Source: Coprobacillaceae bacterium
Lineage (GTDB): Bacteria; Bacillota_I; Bacilli_A; Erysipelotrichales; Coprobacillaceae
DNA length: 32,000 nt
Direction of reading: 5' to 3'
Assembly: GCA_963675515.1 (NCBI GenBank)
Contig: OY776328.1
Coordinates: 2,280,001 to 2,312,000 of the forward strand
Each line of letters begins with the position of its first letter. Within the stretch, counting starts at the first letter, position 1. A program made the position numbers and the translations under genes. The notes beneath the pieces are model-generated. The model did no database searches. It was not told the origin of the DNA and was given only the letters and a program-made list of their open reading frames with translations. Below are positions 1-8,021 of the stretch, one piece after another.

Positions 1-569
1 GTTGCCATATTTGGATGGATCATCCCCGAACCTTTGGCGCAGCAACCAAGGGTTACTGTCTTGCCTGAAAGTGAAACTTCGATGGCCATGTTCTTTGGTT
101 TCGTATCAGTCGTCATGATGGCCGTAGCAACATCGATTCCGGCCTCTTCCGATTCGCTAAGCAGGTCGATTGCCTTAGGCAGACCGGCTTCGATGATGTC
201 CATTGGCAATTGTTTTCCGATGACACCGGTCGAACAGATAAGAACTTCGTGTTCATCCAAGCCCAGGTTTTGGGCTACCAGACGGGCGAATCTCTGATTA
301 TTCATTTCCCCGGCCACTCCGGTGCAGGCATTGGCAACGCCCGAATTGATGGCGATCACTTTTGCAGTCGAATAATTGTCGACGATGTTTTTATCCCAAA
401 TGACCGGTGCCGCTTTGACAACGTTGGTTGTGAATGTCCCGACACACTTGGCTGGCACCTGTGATACGATCATCGCCAGGTCCTTTTTAGCTTTCTTGAT
501 ACCGATATAGCAGCCAACACCCAGATATCCGATTGGTGAAGTTACTGTTCCATTTTCTATTATTTTCAT
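1..569 (-). CDS. argJ: Ornithine acetyltransferase / N-acetylglutamate synthase ArgJ, N-terminal part (3' end runs off the left edge)
   Basis: Minus-strand translation from ATG (complement of 567-569) reads MKIIENGTVTSPIGYLGVGCYIGIKKAKKDLAMI...CAKGSGMIHPNMAT, the ArgJ self-cleavage motif region. It lies 14 nt downstream of argC. Track ORFs 34-297(+) and 210-464(+) are its antisense shadows. Confidence 0.9.
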   Translation of the reverse strand, partial: MKIIENGTVTSPIGYLGVGCYIGIKKAKKDLAMIVSQVPAKCVGTFTTNVVKAAPVIWDKNIVDNYSTAKVIAINSGVANACTGVAGEMNNQRFARLVAQNLGLDEHEVLICSTGVIGKQLPMDIIEAGLPKAIDLLSESEEAGIDVATAIMTTDTKPKNMAIEVSLSGKTVTLGCCAKGSGMIHPNMA

Positions 570-583
570 AAGTTTCTCCTTGT

Positions 584-1621
584 CTAAAGACTGTTTGGTG
601 CCTGGTCGATACCCATTGACTCTTCGATACCGTACATTATGTTCATGTTCTGGATTGCCTGGCCGGCCGCACCTTTGACCAAATTGTCCATCGCTCCTAC
701 TACTATTATTCTATTACATCTCTGATCGATTTTAAAGTTAATATCGATATAATTCGAGCATCTTACGTTACGGATTTCCGGATACACGCCATCCTTCAAT
801 ACTCGCAGGAATTTTTCATCTTCATACATCTTGTACGCATTTGCGACGTCTTCTTGACTAACCCCGGCTTTGAGGGTCGCATATGAGGTGGTGAGGATCC
901 CGCGGTTGATTGGAATGAGATGCGGGGTGAAAGTCACATTGAATTTTTCTTCTCCTGCCCCGTTGAGAATCATCTCGATTTCCGGAGTGTGGCGGTGTGT
1001 GGCTATCCCGTAAGCCTTGACGCTTTCATTCACCTCGCAGAAGAGGTTAGGGATTTTGGCCGAGCGGCCCGCTCCCGAAGTTCCCGAAAGCGCATCGATG
1101 ATGATCGTCTCAGTTTCGATCAATCCCGCCTTTACCAAAGGGTACAGTGAAAGTGACGAGCAGGTCGGATAGCAACCCGGGTTGGCCAACAGGCGGGCAT
1201 CCTTGATCTTGTCACGGTTGATCTCGCAAAGACCGAAAACAGCATCTTCCATCATGTCCCAGCTGGGATGTCCACATTGGTACCACTGTTCATAGACATC
1301 CTGTTGATCAAGACGGTAGTCGGCTGACAAATCGATGACCTTCACCTTTTCAAGCATTTCCTTGGAAATCATTTTCGAAGCCACACCGTGTGGGGTCGCG
1401 AAGAACACCACATCGACCTGGTCGAGATAGTCTTCCAGGTTGTCACTGATCAGCTGGTCATCCACTATATTGAAATAGCTGCCATAGATATCACTGAAAT
1501 GTTCCTTTGCATATGAACGTGATGAAAGCCACACAATCCTAGCTTCCTTATGATTCAACAATAACCGCACCAATTCATTCCCACCGTATCCGGTCGCACC
1601 TATTATTCCTACTTTTACCAT
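584..1621 (-). CDS. argC: N-acetyl-gamma-glutamyl-phosphate reductase
   Basis: Contains MVKVGIIGATGYGG (NAD-binding fold) and the active-site motif ANPGCYPT. I moved the start from 1645 to the ATG at 1619-1621, which has a GGAGAA RBS and gives the typical N-terminus. Confidence 0.93.
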   Translation of the reverse strand: MVKVGIIGATGYGGNELVRLLLNHKEARIVWLSSRSYAKEHFSDIYGSYFNIVDDQLISDNLEDYLDQVDVVFFATPHGVASKMISKEMLEKVKVIDLSADYRLDQQDVYEQWYQCGHPSWDMMEDAVFGLCEINRDKIKDARLLANPGCYPTCSSLSLYPLVKAGLIETETIIIDALSGTSGAGRSAKIPNLFCEVNESVKAYGIATHRHTPEIEMILNGAGEEKFNVTFTPHLIPINRGILTTSYATLKAGVSQEDVANAYKMYEDEKFLRVLKDGVYPEIRNVRCSNYIDINFKIDQRCNRIIVVGAMDNLVKGAAGQAIQNMNIMYGIEESMGIDQAPNSL

Positions 1622-1643
1622 TTTCTTTTCTCCTTTAAAATAC

Positions 1644-1862
1644 AAAAAAACGCCTCCAAAAAAGAGACGTTATTAACGCGATACCACTCTACTTGCCATC
1701 AGTCGACCTGATGACCTCTCTCACTGATAAGGGCAGTTACCCGAAAGTTATACTTGGTTTCCAACTTTCCTCTCCAAAATGCGCTTGGGATTAATTCCGT
1801 CACTGACCTTGCACCGTCGTCAGCTCGCTTTAGACTTCCTTAATCTTACTCTTTTTGTCATC
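1644..1862 (-). promoter_or_regulatory. T-box leader (tRNA-sensing riboswitch) of the argC-argJ unit, specifier read as CGC (Arg)
   Basis: Read on the minus strand:
- Stem I base is CAAAA/TTTTG.
- An AGAGTA box is present.
- The distal AG bulge is AAGCGA and the loop contains GGTGCAAG.
- The 3' side of the specifier loop is CCAAG-CGC-A directly before the basal helix (CGC = complement of 1781-1783).
- The T-box sequence is AGAGTGGTATCGCG (complement of 1677-1690).
- A terminator follows: ACGTCTC-loop-GAGGCGT plus a T-run (1644-1671). Confidence 0.85.
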
Positions 1863-1883
1863 GAGTTCAATTTATTTAAGTTA

Positions 1884-1911
1884 ATTATAGACAATAACTT
1901 TATTTTGTCAA
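1884..1911 (-). promoter_or_regulatory. Sigma-A type promoter of the argC T-box leader
   Basis: On the minus strand: TTGACA (complement of 1906-1911), 16-nt spacer, TATAAT (complement of 1884-1889). It sits about 20 nt upstream of stem I. Confidence 0.7.
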
Positions 1912-1944
1912 TATTTTTTTCATTTAATCATAAATTTGTTTGGA

Positions 1945-2934
1945 TTATTCTTCTTTTCCTAAAGTTGCCACCAAAACAGACTTGATGGTATGCATCCGGT
2001 TTTGAGCTTCCTGGAAGACAACCGAGTTTTTCGAACGGAACACTTCATCCTCGACTTCACGGATGTCGATTCCCTGTTCCATCTTATCTCGAGCCAGGAC
2101 CGTGTTGAAATCATGGAATGAAGGAAGACAGTGCATGAACAGAACATTGTCGTTTTTGGTTTTGGCCATCATCTCAGGGGTCACCTTGTAAGGATGGAGC
2201 AAATCAACCCGGGTCTTGTACAGTTCTTCAGGTTCTCCCATAGATACCCAGATGTCGGTATAGATGACGTCGGCACCTTCGATATCATCTAATGATGAAG
2301 TGACGGTGATCGAACCGCCTGATTTATTTGCTTCTTCCTGGCAATAGGCCAGAACTTCAGGATCGATCGTCAATGCGTCAGGACCAAGACAGACAAAGTC
2401 CATTCCCATCTTGCAGGCACCGTACATCAATCCGTAGCACACATTGTTGCGGATGTCTCCGGCAAAGACGAATTTCACTTCATTGAGTGGTTTGTCCAAG
2501 TTTTCTTCGATGGTCATGAAATCCGCCAGTGTCTGGGTAGGATGGTCGACATCGGTCAGGCCGTTGTAAACCGGAACGCCCGAATATTTGGCCAGATCTT
2601 CCACCAATTCCTGAGAAAAACCGCGGTACTCGATCCCGTCATAGATTCCACCCAACACCTTGGCGCTGTCTTCAACCGACTCCTTGACGTTGAACTGCGA
2701 ATTGTCCAGGAACGTCACATTGCCACCTTCATCATTGATGGCAACCTCGAACGAACAACGGGTCCGAGTCGAAGTCTTGTCAAAGATTAGGACGATGTTT
2801 TTCCCTGCCAGCGAATTACCGATGATTCCCTGTTTTTTCTTGGCCTTAAGTTTTTTCGAAAGGTCCAGCAGATAACGGATTTCCTCTTTCGTGTAATCCT
2901 TGAGGGTCAAAAAGCTTCTGTTTTTCAAGTTCAT
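1945..2934 (-). CDS. argF: Ornithine carbamoyltransferase
   Basis: 329 aa with the OTCase/ATCase motifs STRTRCSFE, HPTQ and HCLP. An AAAGGAGAA RBS overlaps the end of the upstream gene. Confidence 0.93.
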   Translation of the reverse strand: MNLKNRSFLTLKDYTKEEIRYLLDLSKKLKAKKKQGIIGNSLAGKNIVLIFDKTSTRTRCSFEVAINDEGGNVTFLDNSQFNVKESVEDSAKVLGGIYDGIEYRGFSQELVEDLAKYSGVPVYNGLTDVDHPTQTLADFMTIEENLDKPLNEVKFVFAGDIRNNVCYGLMYGACKMGMDFVCLGPDALTIDPEVLAYCQEEANKSGGSITVTSSLDDIEGADVIYTDIWVSMGEPEELYKTRVDLLHPYKVTPEMMAKTKNDNVLFMHCLPSFHDFNTVLARDKMEQGIDIREVEDEVFRSKNSVVFQEAQNRMHTIKSVLVATLGKEE

Positions 2935-2948
2935 ATGTTTTTCTCCTT

Positions 2949-3905
2949 TTAAAGTAGTTCTTTATATAATCTAAGCACATTCAAATGGGTGATTTTTTCA
3001 ACTTCCCCCTCTGTGAATTCCTTTTTTAGCGCCTTGACCAGATCCGGCAAGGCCCTACCATCATAGATTTCCAGTTTGCCGTCGATACCGTCGAAGTCAC
3101 TGCCAAGCCCGACATTGTCGAGCACGCCCAACTTCTCAAAGTGCTTGAGATGGCGTACCATGTCGGATATCCTTGATTCATTAGTCCCATCATCGCTCAA
3201 GAAGTCCCCCAGGAAATTCAATCCGATTACACAGCCTCTTTGAGCCATCGCCAGGATAAGCTCATCGGGCAGGTTGCGCCCGACATCGCAGCACATCCTT
3301 GCATTGGAATGGGATGCCACAAACGGTTTGGTTGTATGGGCCAGCACATCTTCGACCAGCTTGTCCGAACAGTGGGAAACATCGATGATGATGCCCAGTT
3401 CCTCCATTTTCTCGATGTAGGCGATACCGTAATCGCTCAGGCCGTTGTCCTTGTCGGTCCGCTTAAGGTCCTCGTATCCCTCAAGATTGAAGCCATCAAG
3501 GTTGGGGAAACCGACCCGGTTGGGATAATTCCAGGTGAGGGTGATCATCCTCACCCCAAGATTGTAGAATTCCTCAAGCCTTTCATAAGGGACAAGTTCG
3601 CTGTCTTCTATCGTCAGCAGCGCATTGATCTTGTCAAAGTCAATATCAGCGTATTTGAACACCGGTTTTATTTTGTCACTGTTGCACTCAAGCTGCTTGT
3701 AATAATACGAGATGATTTTCTTAGTTAGCTCTTCAAGGTTGGAGTACTCGGTCATGTCCAGGAATATCGCAAAATTTTGGATCAGATAGTCCCCTGATTC
3801 GAGCTTTTTAAGATCGAGATGACATTCGTTTTCATTCAATTGGTCATCTTCATCATCAAAATACAATCTTGTTATAGTATCACAGTGCATATCCGCAATT
3901 TTCAT
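2949..3905 (-). CDS. Peptidase family M19 (membrane/renal-type dipeptidase) homolog
   Basis: Contains DMHCDT, VSHCSD, ASHSNAR and GLGSDFDG, the metal-ligand pattern of M19 dipeptidases. The start is set at MKIADMHCD (ATG, complement of 3903-3905) with a GAGGTGG RBS. The 15 codons upstream in the track ORF were rejected. Confidence 0.85.
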   Translation of the reverse strand: MKIADMHCDTITRLYFDDEDDQLNENECHLDLKKLESGDYLIQNFAIFLDMTEYSNLEELTKKIISYYYKQLECNSDKIKPVFKYADIDFDKINALLTIEDSELVPYERLEEFYNLGVRMITLTWNYPNRVGFPNLDGFNLEGYEDLKRTDKDNGLSDYGIAYIEKMEELGIIIDVSHCSDKLVEDVLAHTTKPFVASHSNARMCCDVGRNLPDELILAMAQRGCVIGLNFLGDFLSDDGTNESRISDMVRHLKHFEKLGVLDNVGLGSDFDGIDGKLEIYDGRALPDLVKALKKEFTEGEVEKITHLNVLRLYKELL

Positions 3906-3948
3906 AATCCACCTCGATAAAATAATAACATCAATCACACAAAAACAC

Positions 3949-4165
3949 AAAAAAACGCCTCCAAAAAGAGACGTTGTAAACGCGATACCACTCTACTTGC
4001 CACCAGTTGACCTGATGACCTCTTTCACTGATAAGGGCAGTTACCCGAAAGTTATACTTGATTTCCAACTTTCCTCTCCAAAATGCGCTTGGGATTATTT
4101 TTGCCGCTGACCTTCCACCATCGTCAGTTCGCTTGAGACCGCCATAACCTTACTCTTTTTTTCAA
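3949..4165 (-). promoter_or_regulatory. Second T-box leader (dipeptidase-argF unit), specifier read as CGC (Arg)
   Basis: It has the same architecture as the 1644-1862 leader and is near-identical from the specifier loop to the terminator. The specifier CGC is the complement of 4085-4087. The T-box AGAGTGGTATCGCG is the complement of 3981-3994. The terminator plus T-run lies at 3949-3975. Stem I distal sequences differ from copy 1 but keep their pairing. Confidence 0.85.
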
Positions 4166-4177
4166 CGAGTTACATAT

Positions 4178-4205
4178 ATTATAGACAATATCAAAATTCT
4201 GTCAA
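4178..4205 (-). promoter_or_regulatory. Sigma-A type promoter of the second T-box leader
   Basis: TTGACA (complement of 4200-4205), 16-nt spacer, TATAAT (complement of 4178-4183). The layout matches the argC promoter. Confidence 0.7.
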
Positions 4206-4257
4206 GGGAATTTTGGAAATTGGATCATTGTTGCAATTGGGGATTTTTGAAACGGGA

Positions 4258-5133
4258 CTAATCCTTGATGACTGCCTGGATTGCCAGGCTTCCTAGTCCC
4301 GCATGGCTTGCCAGAACAGCTGGCAATTCGATGATTTCGATCTCTATGTCAGAAAAATGCAGTTTCAGATACTCTTCGAACTTCATTGCAAGAACCGCAT
4401 TGTCGCCATGGGCCAGATATATCTTGTATTGAGATCCGTTGACACCGATCTTGGTGAAATGATCCTTGATTGCAGCCATGATTTTCGATTCGGTCCTGGT
4501 CATTTCAAACTTGTCGATCTGGGTTCCATCCTCTTTTAGTGCCAGCAGCACCTTGATCTTGAGCATGCCCGCAACTCCGGCCGCCAATGGGGATAGCCTG
4601 CCTGATCTTGACAACTGTTTGAAATTCTCCGGGTAAAGGAAAGAAAAAGTATGGTCCATCTTGTTGTGGATCATGTGGAGTATTTCCTCCTTGCCTAAGC
4701 CATCTTGAACCATTTTTTTTGCCGCGATTGCCATATCCATGATCGGTGCAGCGATAGTCCTAGTGTCGATAACCGTGACGTTGGTCAAGCCGGCTTGTTC
4801 AACCGCCAGGTTGACCCCGGAATAAGTCCCCGAAAGATCGCTCGAGCAGCAAAGGACTATAATGTCATCATAATCTTCCTTAGCCCATTGAATCATCCTG
4901 GCCATAAGATACCCGGTGTTGGGCTGACTGGTCGAAGGCAAAGCTCCCTGTCTGAGCAATCCATAGAGATCACCAGTTGAAATGTCGATCTGGTCCTTGT
5001 ATTCGACACCACCAATGATCACCGATAACGAAAGAAGCTCGATTCCTTCTTTGGTCGCCCGGTCCTTGTCCATCGCACTTGTAGTGTCGGCAACTATCAG
5101 TATCTTATCCAAATTGTCCCATCTCCATTTCAA
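4258..5133 (-). CDS. DegV family (fatty-acid binding) protein
   Basis: ILIVADTTSAMDKDRATKEGIELLSLSVIIGGVEYKDQ is a typical DegV N-terminus, and 291 aa is the usual length. The true start could instead be the TTG at 5112 (GGAGA RBS 8 nt upstream), which would reduce the overlap with the upstream ORF. Confidence 0.8.
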   Translation of the reverse strand: MKWRWDNLDKILIVADTTSAMDKDRATKEGIELLSLSVIIGGVEYKDQIDISTGDLYGLLRQGALPSTSQPNTGYLMARMIQWAKEDYDDIIVLCCSSDLSGTYSGVNLAVEQAGLTNVTVIDTRTIAAPIMDMAIAAKKMVQDGLGKEEILHMIHNKMDHTFSFLYPENFKQLSRSGRLSPLAAGVAGMLKIKVLLALKEDGTQIDKFEMTRTESKIMAAIKDHFTKIGVNGSQYKIYLAHGDNAVLAMKFEEYLKLHFSDIEIEIIELPAVLASHAGLGSLAIQAVIKD

Positions 5134-5371
5134 CTGCGAAGTCCTTATAGTTTTTTGTCAGGTGTTTGGTCTCCTTGAGCCAGGTGATGGCCTCATCGAA
5201 CTCCTCCTGGTTGAAATCATCCAGGATCCCACTGACGATCAGTTTGCACACATCGTAATTGCTTTGCCAAAGGGCATCAAGAACATCCTCATCGGCTTTT
5301 TGGTCAGCCTGTTCGGATTCGAGATATACTTCAAGGTCACGGCCCGTTTCCATCGCTTCTTCATATGTCAT
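5105..5371 (-). CDS. Hypothetical small acidic protein (88 aa)
   Basis: Open frame with a GGAGGATG-type RBS (caaggaggatgttttATG), translationally coupled to DegV. I recognise no family. Confidence 0.5.
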   Translation of the reverse strand: MTYEEAMETGRDLEVYLESEQADQKADEDVLDALWQSNYDVCKLIVSGILDDFNQEEFDEAITWLKETKHLTKNYKDFAVEMEMGQFG

Positions 5372-5447
5372 AAAACATCCTCCTTGTAATTTTTCTTACT
5401 TCATTATATCATTATAGTATCCAAAAACAAACAAAGGAGATAACAAC

Positions 5448-5690
5448 ATGAAATCCGTATCCGCATTCGATGCCCCGTTCATCAATAAAATATTCAACGA
5501 AAGAAATATCCCAGCCAAGATCAAACTGCATGACACTTGCGGTTCCCAATCACTGGAATTGGTCTATGATGAGGAAGATAAAAGTATCGATATCGATGAA
5601 CTGATTGTCATAATCAACGAGTATTTCAAGAACAAATATATCCGAATCGAAAAAGGACCGATAAATCCGCGCATTCTTCAGATAAAGTAG
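5448..5690 (+). CDS. Hypothetical protein (80 aa)
   Basis: An AAAGGAGA RBS lies 7 nt before the ATG. It is divergent from the 5371 gene. I recognise no family. Confidence 0.5.
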   Translation: MKSVSAFDAPFINKIFNERNIPAKIKLHDTCGSQSLELVYDEEDKSIDIDELIVIINEYFKNKYIRIEKGPINPRILQIK

Positions 5691-5752
5691 ACTCCGTCAC
5701 GATTTGAAGCAAAAGAACAGAAAAAAAATTAATATTATTTTGTAAAAAAGTA

Positions 5753-5781
5753 TTGCATTAGTGTTCATTAGATGGTATTAT
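5753..5781 (+). promoter_or_regulatory. Promoter of the tRNA operon
   Basis: TTGCAT (5753-5758), 17-nt spacer, TATTAT (5776-5781). It is preceded by an A/T-rich UP-like tract and sits about 28 nt before tRNA-Asn. Confidence 0.65.
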
Positions 5782-5808
5782 CAATGGGCACTAAGCGATA
5801 CAGATTCT

Positions 5809-5884
5809 GCTTGAATAGCTCAGTTGGTAGAGCACTCGGCTGTTAACCGAGCGGTCGTAGGTTCGAGTCCTACTTCAAGCGCCA
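5809..5884 (+). tRNA. tRNA-Asn (GTT)
   Basis: Hand-folded cloverleaf: acceptor GCTTGAA/TTCAAGC, anticodon loop CTGTTAA, T-loop GGTTCGAGTCC, encoded CCA. Confidence 0.95.
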
Positions 5885-5888
5885 TTGG

Positions 5889-5964
5889 GGCCCGTTGGAG
5901 AAACGGTTAACTCACATGCCTTTCACGCATGCATTCACGGGTTCGAATCCCGTACGGGTCACCA
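5889..5964 (+). tRNA. tRNA-Glu (TTC)
   Basis: Acceptor GGCCCGT/ACGGGTC, anticodon loop CTTTCAC, T-loop GGTTCGAATCC, encoded CCA. Confidence 0.95.
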
Positions 5965-5976
5965 TTTAAATATTTC

Positions 5977-6052
5977 GGGGGTTTAGCTCAGTTGGGAGAG
6001 CATCTGCCTTACAAGCAGAGGGTCGGCGGTTCGAGCCCGTCAACCCCCACCA
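5977..6052 (+). tRNA. tRNA-Val (TAC)
   Basis: Acceptor GGGGGTT/AACCCCC, anticodon loop CTTACAA, T-loop GGTTCGAGCCC, encoded CCA. Confidence 0.95.
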
Positions 6053-6064
6053 TTTTATTTATAA

Positions 6065-6140
<76 letters not shown>

Positions 6141-6147
6141 TTATCAA

Positions 6148-6223
6148 GACCCGCTAGCTCAGTCGGTAGAGCATCTGACTTTTAATCAGAGGGTCAGGCG
6201 TTCGAGTCGCCTGCGGGTCACCA
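6148..6223 (+). tRNA. tRNA-Lys (TTT)
   Basis: Acceptor GACCCGC/GCGGGTC, anticodon loop CTTTTAA, T-loop CGTTCGAGTCG, encoded CCA. Confidence 0.95.
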
Positions 6224-6233
6224 TTTTAAATAT

Positions 6234-6316
6234 GCGGGTGTGGCGAAATTGGCAGACGCACCAGACTTAGGATCTGGCGGGTAACCGTGGGGGTTCGAGT
6301 CCCTTCACCCGCACCA
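6234..6316 (+). tRNA. tRNA-Leu (TAG), class II with long variable arm
   Basis: Acceptor GCGGGTG/CACCCGC, anticodon loop CTTAGGA, variable arm CGGGTAACCGTG, T-loop GGTTCGAGTCC, encoded CCA. Confidence 0.95.
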
Positions 6317-6500
6317 AACTAAAAATAACGGCTATTTATGGCCGTTTTTTCTTATAATTTTATATACCCGATATCCGATTTTTCGAACATTTTATAAATT
6401 TAAGAGCTGTAATAACATTGTACGATGTTGTTTTTGAAATTAGCCATAATAGGTGAAGGACACAATTCCAAAATTAGAATTGTGTCCTTCACAGAAATAT
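6310..6500. repeat. Junction 0 (attL-like): core copy 0 (6310-6350) plus conserved left arm of cassette A (6351-about 6500)
   Basis: The core is cgcaccaaactaaaaataacggctatttatggccgtttttt. The left arm tatatacccgatatccgatttttcgaac... continues to a 14-bp-stem hairpin GAAGGACACAATTC/GAATTGTGTCCTTC (6455-6490). It aligns over about 190 nt with 13596-13786 and over about 90 nt with 10231-10320. Confidence 0.85.
6328..6351 (+). terminator. Intrinsic terminator of the tRNA operon
   Basis: Hairpin ACGGC-tatttatg-GCCGT followed by TTTTTT. Confidence 0.8.
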
Positions 6501-6570
6501 TGGTAGTTAATATAATGATCCATTCTTAATAAGAACTCATCTGGATAGTCAACACTTTTTTAGACAATTT

Positions 6571-7350
6571 TTATAAGGACAGCCTGTATTGTACGGGTGT
6601 TTTGTAATTAAGGCTCCCATGCTTCCTTTTGTTGTTGAACCAGTTGACATAATCATACAGTTCCAATGACAATTCGTCGATACTGCGGAATTGTCGATTG
6701 AATGCGAATTCTGTTTTGAGTATTTTATACATTGATTCTGATACCGCGTTATCAATCGGTTTTCCTTTGGCACTCAACGATCTCTTGATTCCATGCAATG
6801 CCAATATCCCATCAATCATCTCGTTTTTGAACTCCGATCCTCGGTCTGAATGAAATATCTCGACATCACTGAGATCACTTTTTATATCGTTTAATGCCTT
6901 AATAACCAAGTTGGCGTCTTTGTTTTGACCACTAGATTTACCAACGATTTCACGATTGTACAAATCAATTATCAGACAAATATAGTTCCATTTTCCAGCC
7001 ACCTTGATGTAGGTCAAGTCGCTGGTTAAATATTGCATTGGCCGCTCTGCTTGGAATTTTCTATTGATCATATTTTCAATATCGTCATTATTTACTTTGC
7101 CATAATGCTTTGGTCGTTGCTTGATGGTGTATTTACTAATCAAGCCGTATTTGTCCATGATTTGAGCAATTTTTCTTCTGCTGGCAACCATGTTTAAATC
7201 ATCCAAGTCATCTTTTATCTTGCGTGTTCCATAATTCTTCTTGCTGTTTTTGAATGATTTTATTACTTCATCTTCAAGCTTCGAATCCACTTTACGCCCT
7301 TTGGGTTTGTAGTAGAGAGTTGCCCGAGAGATTTTCAAGACTTTGCACAT
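6571..7350 (-). CDS. IS3-family transposase OrfB (DDE domain), expressed as OrfAB fusion by -1 frameshift
   Basis: LTSDLTYIKV...IFHSDRGSEF...DNAVSES is an IS3 DDE pattern. The -1 frame stays open upstream of 7350 back to the slippery heptamer T TTA AAG (complement of 7422-7428) inside orfA, reading ...FKASGADNGTKRQVIFANKHKYSISAMCKVL. Confidence 0.9.
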   Translation of the reverse strand: MCKVLKISRATLYYKPKGRKVDSKLEDEVIKSFKNSKKNYGTRKIKDDLDDLNMVASRRKIAQIMDKYGLISKYTIKQRPKHYGKVNNDDIENMINRKFQAERPMQYLTSDLTYIKVAGKWNYICLIIDLYNREIVGKSSGQNKDANLVIKALNDIKSDLSDVEIFHSDRGSEFKNEMIDGILALHGIKRSLSAKGKPIDNAVSESMYKILKTEFAFNRQFRSIDELSLELYDYVNWFNNKRKHGSLNYKTPVQYRLSL

Positions 7351-7385
7351 AGCGCTGATAGAGTATTTGTGTTTATTGGCAAAGA

Positions 7386-7679
7386 TTACTTGTCTTTTCG
7401 TCCCATTATCAGCGCCGCTTGCTTTAAAATATCATTTTCCATCTTCAGTCGTTCGTTTTCTTTTTGGAGCTTGATAAGCGCCTTGTCATGATCTGATCGA
7501 TTGTCGGCTTCAGTAAACGAACCCGTGTCATTGAAGCGTTTAACCCATTTATTGAACGCTGAAGCTGTCAAATCGTATTCACGGATTATTTCCGCTCTGG
7601 GTTTCCCATTGTTGTAAAGTTGAACCATTTTGATTCTGAATTCATCGGTGTAAGTACGTTTAGGTCTGCGTTTTGTCAT
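7386..7679 (-). CDS. IS3-family transposase OrfA (HTH)
   Basis: MTKRRPKRTYTDEFRIKMVQLYNNGKPRAEIIREYDLTASAFNKWVKRF plus a leucine-zipper-like C-terminus. The start is set at the ATG (complement of 7677-7679) with a GGAGGATAT RBS. Confidence 0.9.
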   Translation of the reverse strand: MTKRRPKRTYTDEFRIKMVQLYNNGKPRAEIIREYDLTASAFNKWVKRFNDTGSFTEADNRSDHDKALIKLQKENERLKMENDILKQAALIMGRKDK

Positions 7680-8021
7680 TTTGAATATCCTCCACAAATT
7701 TAACAAGATTTTATCATGTCCTTATAATCTTGTCTAATTTATTGTAACCTATCCAATCAAATAAAAATAAACACACATACCGTTTTAGATCTCATAGTAG
7801 TTTAGATAACGGGAAGTTTATTAAAGCCTTTTGTACTGGTAGTATCTGCAATTTAAAAAGTGTGATATAATCGCCAATCAATATAATCTCTTGGTCATTT
7901 TATAGTATATCCAGATTTGGCATAAAGCACTATTACATTCACATCCAAAGCTATGTGACTGATTATCAAATTATTACCATAAGCTAAAAGACACGTCTAA
8001 AACAATTACAAATTCTTTATA

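Larger units (their letters stand above)
6542..7755 (-). mobile_element. IS3-family insertion sequence, apparently intact (1214 bp)
   Basis: Imperfect inverted repeats of about 40 bp begin with TGGATAG at both ends (6542 onward, and the complement of 7755 backward). They share TTAGACAA and TATAAGGACA blocks. A 3-bp direct duplication ATC flanks the element (6539-6541 and 7756-7758). It carries orfA and orfB with a frameshift site. Confidence 0.9.

Noticed and set aside
34-464. Plus-strand track ORFs 34-297 and 210-464
   Set aside because: They lie antisense to a clean ArgJ reading frame on the minus strand, have no RBS and match no family. They are shadow ORFs.
1779-1985. Track ORF 1779-1985 (+), 68 aa
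   Set aside because: It covers the argC T-box leader and promoter and overlaps the 3' end of argF. The region is explained by RNA structure on the opposite strand.
920-3728. Plus-strand ORFs inside argC, argF and the dipeptidase (920-1150, 2542-2790, 2660-2875, 3240-3728), and minus-strand ORF 1959-2147 in an alternative frame of argF
   Set aside because: All sit within well-supported genes whose products show family motifs. They are typical antisense or overlapping-frame artefacts of moderately GC-rich coding DNA.
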